A stretch of 63,497 nt of DNA, counting the filler, from Choristocarpus tenellus KU-1152 (taxonomy: Eukaryota > Protista > Phaeophyceae): the NCBI GenBank assembly GCA_964200185.2. It is 9 parts of 9 records of this genome, joined end to end, with 100 filler letters (N's around TTAATTAATTAA, not from the genome) between each part and the next. Parts side by side here need not be neighbours in the genome. Positions count along the whole stretch, not along the records: positions 30,469 to 40,059 come from CAXNAD020003550.1; positions 40,160 to 43,282 come from CAXNAD020022157.1; positions 43,383 to 52,565 come from CAXNAD020003906.1; 6 more parts are not named here. One strand, given 5' to 3'. Of the stretch, positions 38,090 through 50,822 are shown one piece after another (position 1 is the stretch's first letter; the number at the start of each line of letters is the position of its first letter). Made by a program: the position numbers and the translations under genes. The notes under the pieces were generated by a model that saw nothing but the letters and a program-made list of their open reading frames with translations, made no database searches and was not told where the DNA came from.

Positions 38090-38460
38090 TTCTGCTTAAC
38101 CACTTACTAACTAGTGATGCCAATTCCTGTCACTGCTTTCCAATCACAAAAAAAAACATCAACAAGGGCGCTCAATATCTGTCACTGACTTTCAATGGCA
38201 AATCCAGTCCAGTCATCAACCAGTATGCCCAATTTCAGTCACTGGTATACAACGATCAACCAATGCGACCAATTTCCGCCATTTGGTTTCCAGTCACCAT
38301 AACAATGCAGTCATCAACCAGCGACGCCATTTTCCGCTACTAGCATCCAAATGACCAACCAATATGACCAATCTTCACCACTGACTTCCAGTGACAAAAC
38401 AATTGAGTCATCAACCAATGAAGTCAATTTCCGCCACCGGTTATCCAATCACTTAACAAT
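38090..38460 (+). repeat. Degenerate minisatellite (CAGTCATCAACCA/ACTGACTTCCAG units); a related ~56-bp-unit array on the minus strand at 60385-60520
   Basis: Recurrent TCATCAACCA, CCAATTTCCGCCA and TTCCAGTCAC. The 60385-60520 array repeats GATGACCA.CCAG...CTGATTTCCAG.CA. Confidence 0.6.
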
Positions 38461-41400
38461 ACAGCCAATTTCCTTGAATCCTCTCACAGCAAACCTCTCG
38501 AGACACCTTTCCTCCATTTGTGACTCTCCACAACACTCAACATTCACCCCAGAACACCCCTCAACTATCCCCTCCTATACCATACAGTGCCTTTGAACTA
38601 GAGGATACCTACCCCGCAAAATGTTTGACTTCAACCCCCCACCAATATATCCCATTCGATCGTGAGCCATTGAGGGGGTTGGTGGGCGGGAAAGAATTTA
38701 TTAGAAGTTACGTTGATCCTGCCACTCTTTTGTCCTTCTACCCCGCCTTTGGCTCTGATTGTCAATTGGTACTCCTCTTTCTCTCCTCTGCCCTCCATTC
38801 ACTCAATTCCACAAACTTCTCCTTTACCTGTTCACTTGTTCTGTCTATAACGACCTTCAGTGTTTAACCCTTCCCCTTACCATTACTTTCCCCTTTCCCC
38901 TACCACTATATCACCTAGTAACCTTGCGAATTCTCACACTCACAAATCTCAGATTACTTGACAGGCTTTCTCATTAAAGCATGCCTTAACTGGCACTTCC
39001 ACTGGATACCAAAAAAGCAATAAGAATAGAAGCCATCGTGCAGCTCGCATTTTGTGTGATTCAGGGCGAGCGACAAACGCCATGGGCACAGCCCCTCTCA
39101 TTTAACACTTACCATATTTGCTTACACAGAAAACAAGGGAGGCTTGTACCCGCTTATTGCCATTGGTCTGGAAGCTGGATAGAATACCCCAGGACTGAAG
39201 CTGCAATAATGTGGAAGTGGAGAATGAGCTTCGCAATTCCTCATCTCTGAATTCACAATCCCATAAGGAGGTGAAGAACCCACATGCATCCATGGGCTAC
39301 ATCCCTACCCCCAAAAAGCGATCCAAGGCGAAAAAATCAACCTTTTGCTTGCGCATTTGAAAGTCCCCCTTCCTCATATCACACTAGAAATGCTGTACCA
39401 TGTAGTAGTAGAGTATTGTTAGTACCATACAATAAGTAGCAATACACGTTTGGTCTAGGAGGATCCAGTTTGTGGTTGAGTAAAAGGAAATGCTCGAGTT
39501 GTAGTGGTTGAGCGGCGTGCATGGGGTATTTGGGTTTTGGAACTCGAACAGTACGGAATGGTAATTGTTTTTCCCAAGTATTCTACATATCTTTTTGTGG
39601 AAAAAACTTGTAGGAGGAACGTTTTTGCGCTTTGTAGCTGTAACTTTGAACTTTAGACAGCAACAATAAATTACACATAAACCCAACTAGGGCTAGCCAG
39701 TGGTCTGTATTCACCGTCTTCATACCTGCGGTGCTTGGTATTAAAACACAAAATGTTATATATATATATATTAATAGCAAGAATAAATAGCATATTAACC
39801 CAATTAAGCCCAACTGGTAGTTTGTATTTTACCACTTTAATGGCTTGGTACCATAAAACAGAAAATACTACGTTAAAAAAAAAAGGGCGTAAAAACGGTA
39901 CACATTATACTTTATGCTACAGGAGTAAGATTTCCTTCATTACCCTCTAAGATACAATGGACTGAGTTCTTCTCCTCTATTGTTTCTACTCTTGGGTTAA
40001 AGTATCTGGGGGGGGGGAGGGTGATTGAAATGACCGATTTGAGTCATGGGTTAACATTGNNNNNNNNNNNNNNNNNNNNNNNNNNNNNNNNNNNNNNNNN
40101 NNNTTAATTAATTAANNNNNNNNNNNNNNNNNNNNNNNNNNNNNNNNNNNNNNNNNNNNAGCCTTTCCATGACAGCACCCAATCTCTGTTATGACTGTGA
40201 GTCATGGTCTTAGTGTCCTGTCGTTTCTGTGTTTTAGTTCTGAAAGGGAAGAGTCCATGGCAATACCCAAGTTCAGTGCTACTATGGTTTTGTGTGTGTG
40301 TTTGTTTATCTTGGAAGGGGAGGAGTCTTTTTAGACAGTACCCTACTATTGACGTGTATATGAGAATCTGGTGTAGGACTTTTACTTTGATTTTGTGTTT
40401 GTCAAATAATGCCTGTTGGGAATTTCCTGATCACTGAAGAAAATTTGAAACTAAAGAGAACTCAACGCTCTGAAGTCAATCTTAGTGCTTCATCCAAAGA
40501 TATAAGAGTGAATTGCAATAGATGAAAAAGAGGGTTAAAATGAAACATGGTCAAAACTTGAGTACGTCTAGTCTACTTCAGCTAAGTCGCAAACCAACGA
40601 GNNNNNNNNNNTCTGTTTTTCGTCTTTCAGACTTGTTTGAAGTTTGAACACGACCGCATCAGATCTTTGGGTCCCTCTCATGTACGCATTATATTAAAGA
40701 AAGTCTTCCAAACCTATGGGTTCAATAGAGGTGTTATTCTTGCAGCTGCTGAAGAACAGTAGGCACGTGCCAATGCATTTGCACAGGTCCTCGCATGGCA
40801 ATTCGTTTGGTCATATTGAATTCGCAACACCACTTGCTGTTTCCTAAAGAAATATATACTGGTTTGGACCTGTTTTGAAACTGACACAGAGGAGCTACGT
40901 GGCAGTGTCTTTTCGCAGGTTCTTGTGCAATTTGGACACTTAGCACAACCTACAAGCACCTGAAAACATATTTCCTCATTTGTACTTCGAGTACCTGGTC
41001 TGTAAATGCCAGAGAGAAGACTGTGAGGTTGTCCTCCAGACTGGTGTTGCATCTTCGTTGTGTCCTGATTTCTGATAAGTTCCCACAAACCAAATAAATT
41101 ATTATTTCGCAAATTTACGCACACAATAGCGCCTACCTACATTGTTACACATGTACACATTTTACAATCCGATACCCCACCCCCTTGCCTACATACATAC
41201 AAGAGAAACTTGGTTCAAGTTTTTTGGGATAACAAATTGTGAATCTGCTGAGCTAACCTCTGTATTTTTCATTAACCATAAGCTTACCCAATCAAGATCT
41301 TTCTCAGTTTCTGTCTTTGTAGCTTGATATTACAGGTCGGTGGATACATGAACTTATTCGTCCTCATCATACTTCAGTCAAGCAGCGCCTTACAGGCAAC

Positions 41401-42196
41401 AACCAGAACAGCAATTGACTTTCCTATTTCTGGTCCATTTTTTGCCAAACATGTTTACCACCTGGAAGAAAGTGAAACCACCTTGTTAAGAACCAAGCAA
41501 GACTTCAAAGGATCAATGCTTACATCCTACCTCAGATTCTTTCCCTATCATAATGTAGTCCACATATTCCATACATACCGCAGACACTCATTTTGCAATA
41601 GCGTAGGTAGATAGTATATGCTACTGTGTAAGGTAGAGGATCTATCGCATACGCAAGCACATGCACCGAACAAAAAAATATCATTTATCCACCACCAATC
41701 AAAGGGCAATGGAGGGAAGGAGTAATGCTGTGATATGTATCTACCTTCACTGTTGATACCTATCTACCTTACTTTGCCTCGTTTGTCGAGTTGTGTCTCT
41801 CTTTACCAAGAGCCAAACGGTTAACCATGAATATACGCGAAGCAGGTCAGTATTTTTCTATGATACCAGTAACATTATAGACAAATGTTGGGTGTGGAAC
41901 CAACTGCAGTGTTTTACTTACTACGAATGTTCCAAACAATGTCACACATGCATGTGTGTGTGTGTGTGTGTGTGCGTTGTTCACCAGGAAACAGGTGGTT
42001 GAAACTAGTGAAAGAAAAAGAACTACCGCTCCCCAACTCTCCTGTTCATGAAAGTATTATACCTTGTGAACGAAGCGCTTCTTGGACACCCTCCTTAAAA
42101 CAAAATCCACTTTCAAGTATAGATTGCTGCCTCTCGTGTTACCTTCTATATCCAGCACTGGAGTTAGGTAATCAAAACAAGTCGGTCAGGTAGGTT

Positions 42197-42493
42197 TCAG
42201 ACTCGAGGGAGCTCAACAACCCTCCTAAAGGTAAGGTTGATTCGAGTGCTACCCTTGTGCGGTGGTTGCCGAGCTTTGACGGTTTCATCACCACCAACAG
42301 GCGTGGTTGAGGGCTTTGCTTGCCATGGATTAACTCGCCCTGTCAGGAGAGACGAGGATTGAGAGGTGGGCATTGCTTTTGCCTTACCCAACAGATGTTG
42401 GGTCGATCCTTGTTTGGGAACACTGTGCTGCCAGTGCCTCTGAGTGTCTCCCTCCATCACAAGGAGAGAACCTGATTTCAGAGCAAACTCCAT
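42197..42493 (-). CDS. AlkB-family 2OG-Fe(II) dioxygenase (ALKBH2/3-like), terminal exon only
   Basis: LKSGSLLVMEGDTQRHWQHSVPK...RINLTFRRV* carries the distal His and the RINLTFR 2OG-binding motif. An AG acceptor lies immediately before 42493. Upstream exons were not found before the linker. Confidence 0.88.
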   Translation of the reverse strand: MEFALKSGSLLVMEGDTQRHWQHSVPKQGSTQHLLGKAKAMPTSQSSSLLTGRVNPWQAKPSTTPVGGDETVKARQPPHKGSTRINLTFRRVVELPRV

Positions 42494-43744
42494 CTATTAA
42501 TATTAGCACGCATAGAGACAAGAGCACAAAAGAGATAATAGTTTACAAGACATGAGGATGGAGGCGGACGGACGGGTGAGTGACTTATATTAAAAAACAA
42601 AAACTAGTCGGAGTATATACTACTTTCGTATTGCAATACCGTGTATTGTGCAAATGCTATTATTATTATTATTTATTGTATGTATTTTATTTCGCTTGAA
42701 CTATTGTGCATTGTTGTAGGCACCCCAAGTGGCATCCCCAGCTGCAACTGATCGAAATAAAATACAAATTTCTACAAGGGGCTCTTCTATCATGAGCCAC
42801 CGCCTTAACAATAATAATAATAATCTCCACCGCTCCATAGTTTGTCACAATAATAATAATAATAATATATATATAATATATATAATATATATATTGAGTT
42901 TTCCTCCACCATACCACAACCAACATAAGAAAAGTTCTTGACCTTCTTTCTCACCCCCTCCTCTCAACAGACTTTTTGATTTTATTTCCGATCTTTTAGA
43001 TTGCTTAGGCACCCCGAAAAAGTACATACAATAAATAATAATAATAGCAATAAAATAATAATAATAATAACTAGTTAAACTTGTGTGCATCGTGACCAAG
43101 ACCAACGCCACCAACAGATTATTAATTCCATGCACAGGCATTATCGCTAGGGCAAATATTCAGAATAACCTCCTCAAAACATGGAGCCCCAACAAATGGG
43201 ATTATGGAACAGATGCTCTCCCTTCCCTCCCCTCCCCCCCCCAAAAAAAAATGGTCGGGTTTGTAACTTTTTGGGATCTTTTNNNNNNNNNNNNNNNNNN
43301 NNNNNNNNNNNNNNNNNNNNNNNNNNTTAATTAATTAANNNNNNNNNNNNNNNNNNNNNNNNNNNNNNNNNNNNNNNNNNNNGTGCGCTCTATAGGTGGG
43401 GGGGGGGGGGGGAGGGGGTCGAGGGACTGCGTATTGCAAGGTATTTCTTCAAATTCTGTCAATTGTCTTGTTTATGACGTTTATGTCAGAGTTTGTTGAG
43501 CTTTTTCAAAAACCTATCTACTCACCGAGCTGCCCCAGCGTCAAATGCTCTCATAGTGCTCTGTTTACACTATCACCACTGTTGTCTCACCCTAACCCTA
43601 ACCCTTAGTGCTAAAGTTCTTTTTAGTGCATTGTGCCCTAACCCTAACCTTAAAAAGATCAACTCAACTGTTTTCGTGACCCTAACCCTAATTTCCCAGT
43701 TCCGAAACCTGTGTTGTGTCCTCTTGTTCTTTACTCTATGACAG

Positions 43745-44911
43745 CTTTGAGTTGATCAAGACACACTACCGTCATTGCTTCCACCTCCAGGATGATGGAG
43801 GAAGGCTAACATACTTTGAGCGACCAGGACAGTCTGACCTAGGGGAGCTGAAGAGGGCAGGGGTTGGCAGGGAAGACCTCTTGTGGCACTACATCTACTG
43901 CATGGAGTACCTTTGGCAGGTGCGTCTTTTTTGTTTGTTTGTCTGATTTGTTCTTGTATGAGGTGGGCAGGCGTTTTTTTGCTTTGAATTGTTGATTAAT
44001 AGTTAGTTGGGAGTATTTTTTTTTGTTTCCAAGGCCTCTACCGTGTAGGTGAGACAGGCGTTTTGTTGATCTGAACTATTTATTAATAGTTGGCAGTGCT
44101 TTTTTGTTTGTTTCAAGGGCCTTGGGGGTGAGGGGGGGGACGTTTTGAACTTCCCCCCCTGCTGCCCTCACCCCCCTCCAATAAGAAGTAGTTACAGTTG
44201 GGTTTTTTTGTATGGGAATGTCCAGGATATAGCTCCTAAGAAATATCAGTTATAATGCACAAGAAGTCATCCTCATATCACATACCTCGTATCACATACC
44301 CCCTTGCCCGATAGGGTTAGGGATGGGCACCAGGGACCACTGTGGATGAGAAAGGTCACTTGTCACACACCTCTGATGAATCCAAATCGAGGCTAACCCT
44401 AACATCAAAATGGTTTGCATAGTTGCAGTGCAGAATTTGACCTCTTGGGTGTGAGTGAGTGTCGGTTACATCAGTTACATGAACAGTAGTATGTTGAATT
44501 ACGGCATAGTTCAAACTAGATGGTGATGTCAGATTATATGTGTGTTGACAGTCCAAGTACATGTCCTAGACAAAAAGCCCCACTGTGTATCTCTTACCAT
44601 GTTTTTGTTTGGTGTAAGGGTGGGTTAGGGTTAGGATTAGGGTTAGGGTTGCTGGTTTTGTCGGGGGTACATGTTATGACTGTTGTGTAGAACATTGTAC
44701 TATTATTGGTTTGTACCTTATACCATTGTAACAGCCCTAACCCTAACCCTAACTCGGATGAATGTTTTGAAGCTATAGATACCCTATTTCTTGCAAAAAT
44801 CGTCATAGTGCCTCATAGCATTAAAAAAGAAATTAGGTCAGAGTCCTCTATGCATTGTTTTTTATTCCTGCTGTCTTTCCTCTTCCCCCTATCTAATGTC
44901 ACAAAGTGATG

Positions 44912-44946
<35 letters not shown>

Positions 44947-47900
44947 CATCATCACTGTTGTGATGTATGGAACATTATTATTATTATTATCCTCCATCTC
45001 ATCCCTAACCCTAACCCTATCTATGGTATGGTGTGACTTAATGTATTTGACATGTCCATACTTGGTGCGGTTCTACTGCATTGATCAGGTCCTTCAACCA
45101 GGACAATTACAACGCCTGACGATCATCATTGACCTGGAGGGGGTCCGGATTCGGGACATGGTTGGGGATTCCGTATCATTCCTCAAGACCACGGTGGGGA
45201 TCATGGCCAAGCACTACCCTCAGAGGTCCTTCAAGGTGCTCAGTGCTTTGCCAGTCTGGGGATATGTACATTTTTTCTGGTCACTGACCGATTTTCGTTT
45301 GAAAAAAGAAGAAAAAAAAATATTTTTTCAACTTTTTTTGTGTGTGTGACTTCTTGGAGTCGTTTACTTGTTTTCTTTTTTTCTGAAGAAAAAAAAAAAA
45401 AAAGGGGGGGGGTTGTTGTCAAAGGGTAAGGATGGGGACAGCACTTTTTTTTTTACTAGAAAAAGTCCTTTTAGGGTTAGGGTTAGGGTTAGGGTTAGGG
45501 GTTGATTGTGTTTGGGGTTTTTCTGTATCACGTTATAGATTGTTGGAAGTTTGAGGAGATTAGGGTTAGGGTTAGGAGATCGGGAACCCTAACCCTAAGT
45601 TTGAGGAGATCGGGAGTACTATTAAAGTGGTTAATAGGGGTTAGGGTTAGGAAAGTGGTTAATAAGGCGATGTGGAGGGAATCGACCCAATCAATGATTC
45701 AATATTTTGATTTCCACCAATAGAATAAGTCTATTGTTTAGGGTTAGGGTTAAGGGTTTTATATTGGGTTGTGTGTGTGTGTGTGTTAGTTTGCACTATT
45801 ATCAATAATATTGATTTTAATATCATTCATATAGAAGTTAAGTGCAATTTGTGGGCGAGGGAGATGATGCCAATGCCCTGTGTGTTGCAGGAAGTTTTTT
45901 TCAGTGTCAAAATTATATTTTTTGTTGTAGTGTTGGGTGCAAGGTTTGATTCTCAAGCTTGTTGAACTGGTACAATTCTCATTGCTGACTGCAATATCTT
46001 TCTTCTTTTTTATCAAGTGGTGTCATCACACTTGAGGGTTAACATGCACTCGAGGGGCAATATGCACCCTAACCCTAAGCAACAAAACCCTCCTGCAATG
46101 TGGAAACATCCCATCAATGGGATTCCAACCTCCATTACCCCCCAAAGACCTTACTATTTCGTGACACTTAGTTGCCTACCCTAACTCTGGCAGCACTCAT
46201 TAGCCCCATTTGCCTTGGGAATCATTGAGTTGCTTATTGGTAGTTAAGTGATGCTTGTCTTGGATGAGAATCTCTCATCACCCCTCTTCCTCTCCCCATC
46301 CTCGTTCTTGCCAACTGCCTTCCTCTCTGTTTTGTGTCAGATTTTCATCCTCAATGCTCCTTCATTCTTCAACTCTATTTTTGGCGCTGTGAAGCCTATG
46401 CTCAATGAATCCACCAAAAAAAAAATAGACCTCGTGACGCCACAGGACACAGCTACAGAGCTCTCAAAGATCATTCCCCTCGCCAACTTGCCACCAGAGT
46501 ATGGTGGGGAGTGCAAGGTAACAGAGAGTGGCAGGAGCTATTGATTGTGCTAGTGCAAAGGAGTGATTTTATCTGTGCAAAAATTGTTGATCCTCTTCCC
46601 CATGTGTCCTTGTGACTTAGGGTTCGGGGGTGATGTTTTGGCAGTTTTGAGCTTTCAGTAGGTTTTTGAACATTGTGTAGGAAGATGGAGAGGGTAAAGT
46701 AGGGCGTCAGTAAGGATCAGTTTCTTCTGAATACCGAGCGTACGCACAAAGCAGTAAAAAAAATGCCTCCACAGGTGTGGACTCTATGCCCCAATAGTAT
46801 TTGCTCACCAGAGAGTCAGAGGGACCCGAAACCCTAACCCTAATAACTCAGCGGCACCCACCTCTTCTTACTTTGACTCTGGCTGTTCTTGGAAATACAG
46901 GAGGCGTGGTTGAAATTGGAAGTATGGTGCTATAGTAGTTGTTCACCTAGAGAGGTTTAGAAGAGATTTTGAAACGCATTGGGGAGGACACTCACATATG
47001 TTGGAACACCAAAGTTCCTTCTCAGACACCGTCTTGGTTGTGACACTTTGTTGTTGGGTTAGGGTTAGGGTTTAGGGGATTGGTCGTCATCTATGGTGCT
47101 TACATTTTTTTTGCTTCAAAATTAGTCCCTGTTTTGCAGTCTCCCTGTTCTGGAATTGAGAGACCTTGTATGGCGCTATTATGTGTATGGTTATTGTGCT
47201 AAAGTTTCATCTTACAAAAGGGTTAGGGTTAGGGTTAGTGAGTGTTACACACAGCATTTTACATGCTACGTGGTTTTACCTTTGATGCCTTCTTGTCAGC
47301 CTCGGCAAAGGGCTTGAACCCTCTGATGGGCAAGGGTGATGATAGCTATATATTTTTTTGTTAGTAGTCTCCGTTGGTTGGAGTAGTAGTAGCAAGGTGT
47401 GCATGCAACCGGATTGGAAAATGTTTTTTAAAATTATATTTTCAGTGTGCGTCGACTCTTGATGATAGGTGTGCAGTACATCTTAATGTGTTGATATTCA
47501 ATAGTTTTAAGATATTACAGCCGACCTTAACCCTAACCCTAACTGCTTGAGGTTTGTGACAAACCTGTGATTGCTACCATTAGATAGTACTACTGAGAGT
47601 ACAGTGAAATACTCTGACACTACTGCTACTGATAATTTTCTGTAGCCTCGTGATACGAGACATCTGTACAGACAAAGCAGGGATCGTGTTTCTGCAGTCA
47701 AATTTAAAATAAGCTTCAGTCAGTTGCGAGTGAGTACTTGTTTGTGTGCAATCTGATATGCACTGTGATTTGATCCACATCCTGTTTATTTTATTTTTTC
47801 TGCACGATGTGTTTATCTCGACAAAAAATGATCCGTGGTCTGCTTAGCTTTTTGATCACTTGTAAATTTTTTAGCGGTTTCATTTTTTTTTGTGGTAGTA

Positions 47901-47999
47901 CTCGTTGAATTTCTTTATTATTTTCTTCTGAGAAGCCCTTATCTGAGTGGTTAAAATCGGTAGAGTGAAGTGTTCCTGGCTTGGTCTTGCGCTGTGATG

Positions 48000-48038
<39 letters not shown>

Positions 48039-48281
48039 CGTCTCTTTTGTGATCCATACCTGTCATATTGAGAAGAGCAAGAATAAGAGCTTTCAAGACC
48101 GCCTTCCAACTGACCAATTTAGCCAAATGCGATGTGTATTCATCCCTAACCCTTACCGGAAACTGCACTGTGTGTTGATGAATAGGTGCCCTTGATGGAG
48201 TCTCCAGCAGAGAAGGCGCTTGCGGGGCATGTTTTCAGCATCCGAGACAACCACACCCCCAGGATCAACACGACTTCTTGA
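43745..48281 (+). CDS. CRAL-TRIO (Sec14-like) lipid-binding protein, 3' part. Exons 43745-43919, 45089-45235, 46341-46517, 48186-48281.
   Basis: The spliced product FELIKTHYRHCFH...YFERPG...HYIYCMEYLWQ-VL...TIIIDLEGV...MAKHYPQRSFK-IFILNAPSFFNSIFGAVKPMLNESTKKKI...NLPPEYGGECK-VPLMESPAEKAL...* contains the canonical IIDL.G, HYP.R, I.NAP and LP.EYGG motifs. All splice sites are GT-AG. Confidence 0.93.
48004..48040. repeat. (TG)13(CG)5 microsatellite; other simple repeats at 10012-10035 (CA), 41953-41974 (TG), 42810-43070 (AAT) and 44915-44990 (ATT)
   Basis: Read directly from the sequence. Confidence 0.9.
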
Positions 48282-49779
48282 GCTTGTCTCTCTTCTTTTT
48301 TTTTCTTGGTGGCAGCTCTATGGGTCGGTGTTACACTTTCCTCGATTTGCGCAGGTAGCCACCCCTGAGGCAGCTTTTAGCTCACAAGGGAAGGAGTGTT
48401 TTGCATTGTTATCTACCCCTAGCCCTTCTTGTGAGATTTTAGTTTTTTGTCTGTACTTGTCAGAATGCCATGATACTTGTCTCCCCTCGGCAAGGAGTGC
48501 GCCACTCGCACATACGTTCACCTACCTCCTCGCCCACATAGTGTCTATTGGAGGTAGGTGAGCCATTGCATTGTCTTATACAGGTGATACTATATACTAT
48601 ATACTATATACTGTATACTGTATACTTACAGGTGGGTGAATATTTCCTCCTCTGCTTCCGAATCAGCCTCTTGCTTTGTTACAGGCATGAGGATTTTTGA
48701 CAGTTGTTGTGCTTTATGTTGTGGATGGATGATCGATTATATCTTATTATTTCTTCACTTGAGGGTGGGTAGTGTATCACATTATTTTTTGTTATTGTGT
48801 ATGTGTTTGTGTGTGTGTGTTTGAGTGATTGTGGTGGTCCTTGATTGATTTTTTTTTTAACAAGAAAATGAGTACACGTGTTTATTCATTTTTTACTTTG
48901 AGAGAGAGCTATTCTAATGAACAAGATGATAATAGCAAGTGCACAGTAACAAGCAACGATGAACTCTTGTAACATGCAGTGGAGGTGCTTAGTCAAACAG
49001 GATCGATTTGTCAAAAGCTATACACAAAGCAAGACAAAGGCGCATGGTGTATTTCATTGCATCCACGATATTATTGGTCCAAGATGCAAAAAAAAAAAAG
49101 TTGACTGACAGTAGTCACTGTGTCTGATTATGCCTGCTGTGATGAGTGCTCCTTTTTGGTGCAAACAAATGCTTCAGTTAACACACGCGGACACATACAC
49201 TTGTGCATGTGGAGATGCAATGACTTCTTTTACGTGGTTGAATAAGTTGACCAAAAGATGTTATTCTTAGTGTTCGGCTGATTGATTCTTGGTGTTCACC
49301 TGATTAAACTTAATTTTTTTTGCGAGAATTTGTGACTTGCTGTTTATTGGTACTGGATTAGGGTTAGGGTTTGATTGATACTGGCTGTTGCTCTTGAGGT
49401 CATCAGACGTAATAGAGAGGTCATCCGATTTTTGGTTTGAGGGGTCTAGAGATTGTCTAAAGTGTATGCTGTAGTTCTCTGATTTGAACAAGAGGTAACT
49501 GTTTGGTGTATGGACTGGCACAGCTCACTCAGCTGTACCTTGATGTGAAAGGTCATCCAAGAAGAGTTCATTTGGTGCGGAGTTCAGAGTGCACCAAGTA
49601 GTTACTTGTAGGTGAGACTTGCAGGCAGGGAACAATATCCCATTCTTTTGTTAGAACCCGGCACTATGTTTCTTGTGGACACATCTGTCCATCCCGTTGA
49701 TAAATCACTCCAGCAAAATCTATACTAGTAAATAGTAGTATGTCCAACTAAGAATAATACTTCTGTTTTGTTTTGTAGA

Positions 49780-50228
49780 AATGGAGTATGCTTAGTTTTT
49801 GTGCTTCGCACGCATGAGTTTGAATCTCACTGTAGTCGCCAATATGAATCGTAGGATTATGTGGCAGCCTGGTTTCCTCAGGCAAGGTTGGCGAAGAGAA
49901 TCACCAGGCAAGACCGATCAGAAGAATGAAGACGAATCGTAACCGAGAGGATGAGGTTATGGTTACACAAGTGCAAGACTGAAAAGACTTGCAGGAAAAA
50001 TTGAGGAACTGAGGGAGTGAGGAGGATGGCGATTCGGATAGGTTTCGGAAAAGAAACCTTTCAGAGATAGGAGATCCGTCTTCAGAAAACCGTGCTCATA
50101 AAGAGACGTTAGGGGAAGACATGGAAATCTATCGCTACCTCCACATAGTTGAACTGAAGTTCTCAGAACACAACCTCAATCGGTATATGGTATATGGTAT
50201 ACAGCAATAATGGTTTAACAATAGACAG
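49780..50228 (+). mobile_element. ~450-bp SINE-like repeat, copy 2, with a degenerate tRNA-like head
   Basis: The body is homologous to 32226-32630. The 5' region has a GTGC-TTCGCAC-GCAT hairpin and a B-box-like GAGTTTGAATCTC. Confidence 0.65.
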
Positions 50229-50822
50229 GGACAAAGGTCTTCTGCTGGACGTCACCTTCACAGAGGTACAGGCAACCTCACCCACTCATCCACCAAAATG
50301 GTTTAGCTGCTGCAGCAGCTGAGGCCCACCCACTACGAGGGCTCCTTTGATCCACATAGTTACAACCTCAACACCTTTGCGGTGGAAAACCTTGGGCGCC
50401 TTGGCAAGCAAGCTGGATGAGCTGGCTACTCACGTGGTAGGAGGGAGAGGAGCGGGAGGATACGGCCGGAAAGGAGTAGTTAAATCCTGGCTACGCCAAA
50501 TTGTTTCGGTGACTACGCAAGTGGCATTGTCTTGACGTGTCATGAGCTTGAAACTAGAGCCACAAGGGAGATGGGCACGGAGGGGTCTGTTGGATTCTTG
50601 GGATGCCTCCCTTGCTCCTCACCCCGGGGCACAGGAGTAGGTAGATGGGAAGGACAGGAAGACAGTAGTACAATATTTTATAGTGAAGTAACTGATAGAT
50701 AGTGGTTTCCACACTTACAATGTTTTATAGTGTCCTCACGTTTAGGATATTTTATTTCTTTAGGGCTAATAACGACATATATATATATATGTATTGTTTT
50801 CATCGGTTTCCCCCCTGACACA
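50229..50822 (+). mobile_element. CRE 3' fragment
   Basis: Begins GGACAAAGGTCTTCTGCTGGACGTCACC (LLDVT), encodes LDELATHVVGGRGAGGYGRKGVVKSWLRQIVSVTTQ, and the 3' UTR runs to CCCCCTGACACA. Confidence 0.88.

Larger units (their letters stand above)
43590..49372. repeat. About 18 short dispersed telomere-type arrays, (CCCTAA)2-5 and (TTAGGG)2-5, in both orientations
   Basis: Examples at 44622-44650, 44734-44753, 45471-45500, 47056-47070, 47220-47238 and 49358-49371. Confidence 0.9.

Noticed and set aside
38090-38460. Spaced short repeats that could look like a CRISPR array
   Set aside because: The units are degenerate, the spacers resemble each other, there are no cas genes and the context is eukaryotic; it is a minisatellite.
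44906-45088. Poly-Ile hydrophobic N-terminus of ORF 44906-45349
   Set aside because: It is the translation of an intronic ATT microsatellite upstream of the true exon.
48004-48040. Z-DNA-prone (TG)n(CG)n tract 145 bp before the last CRAL-TRIO exon
   Set aside because: A common microsatellite with no evidence of function.
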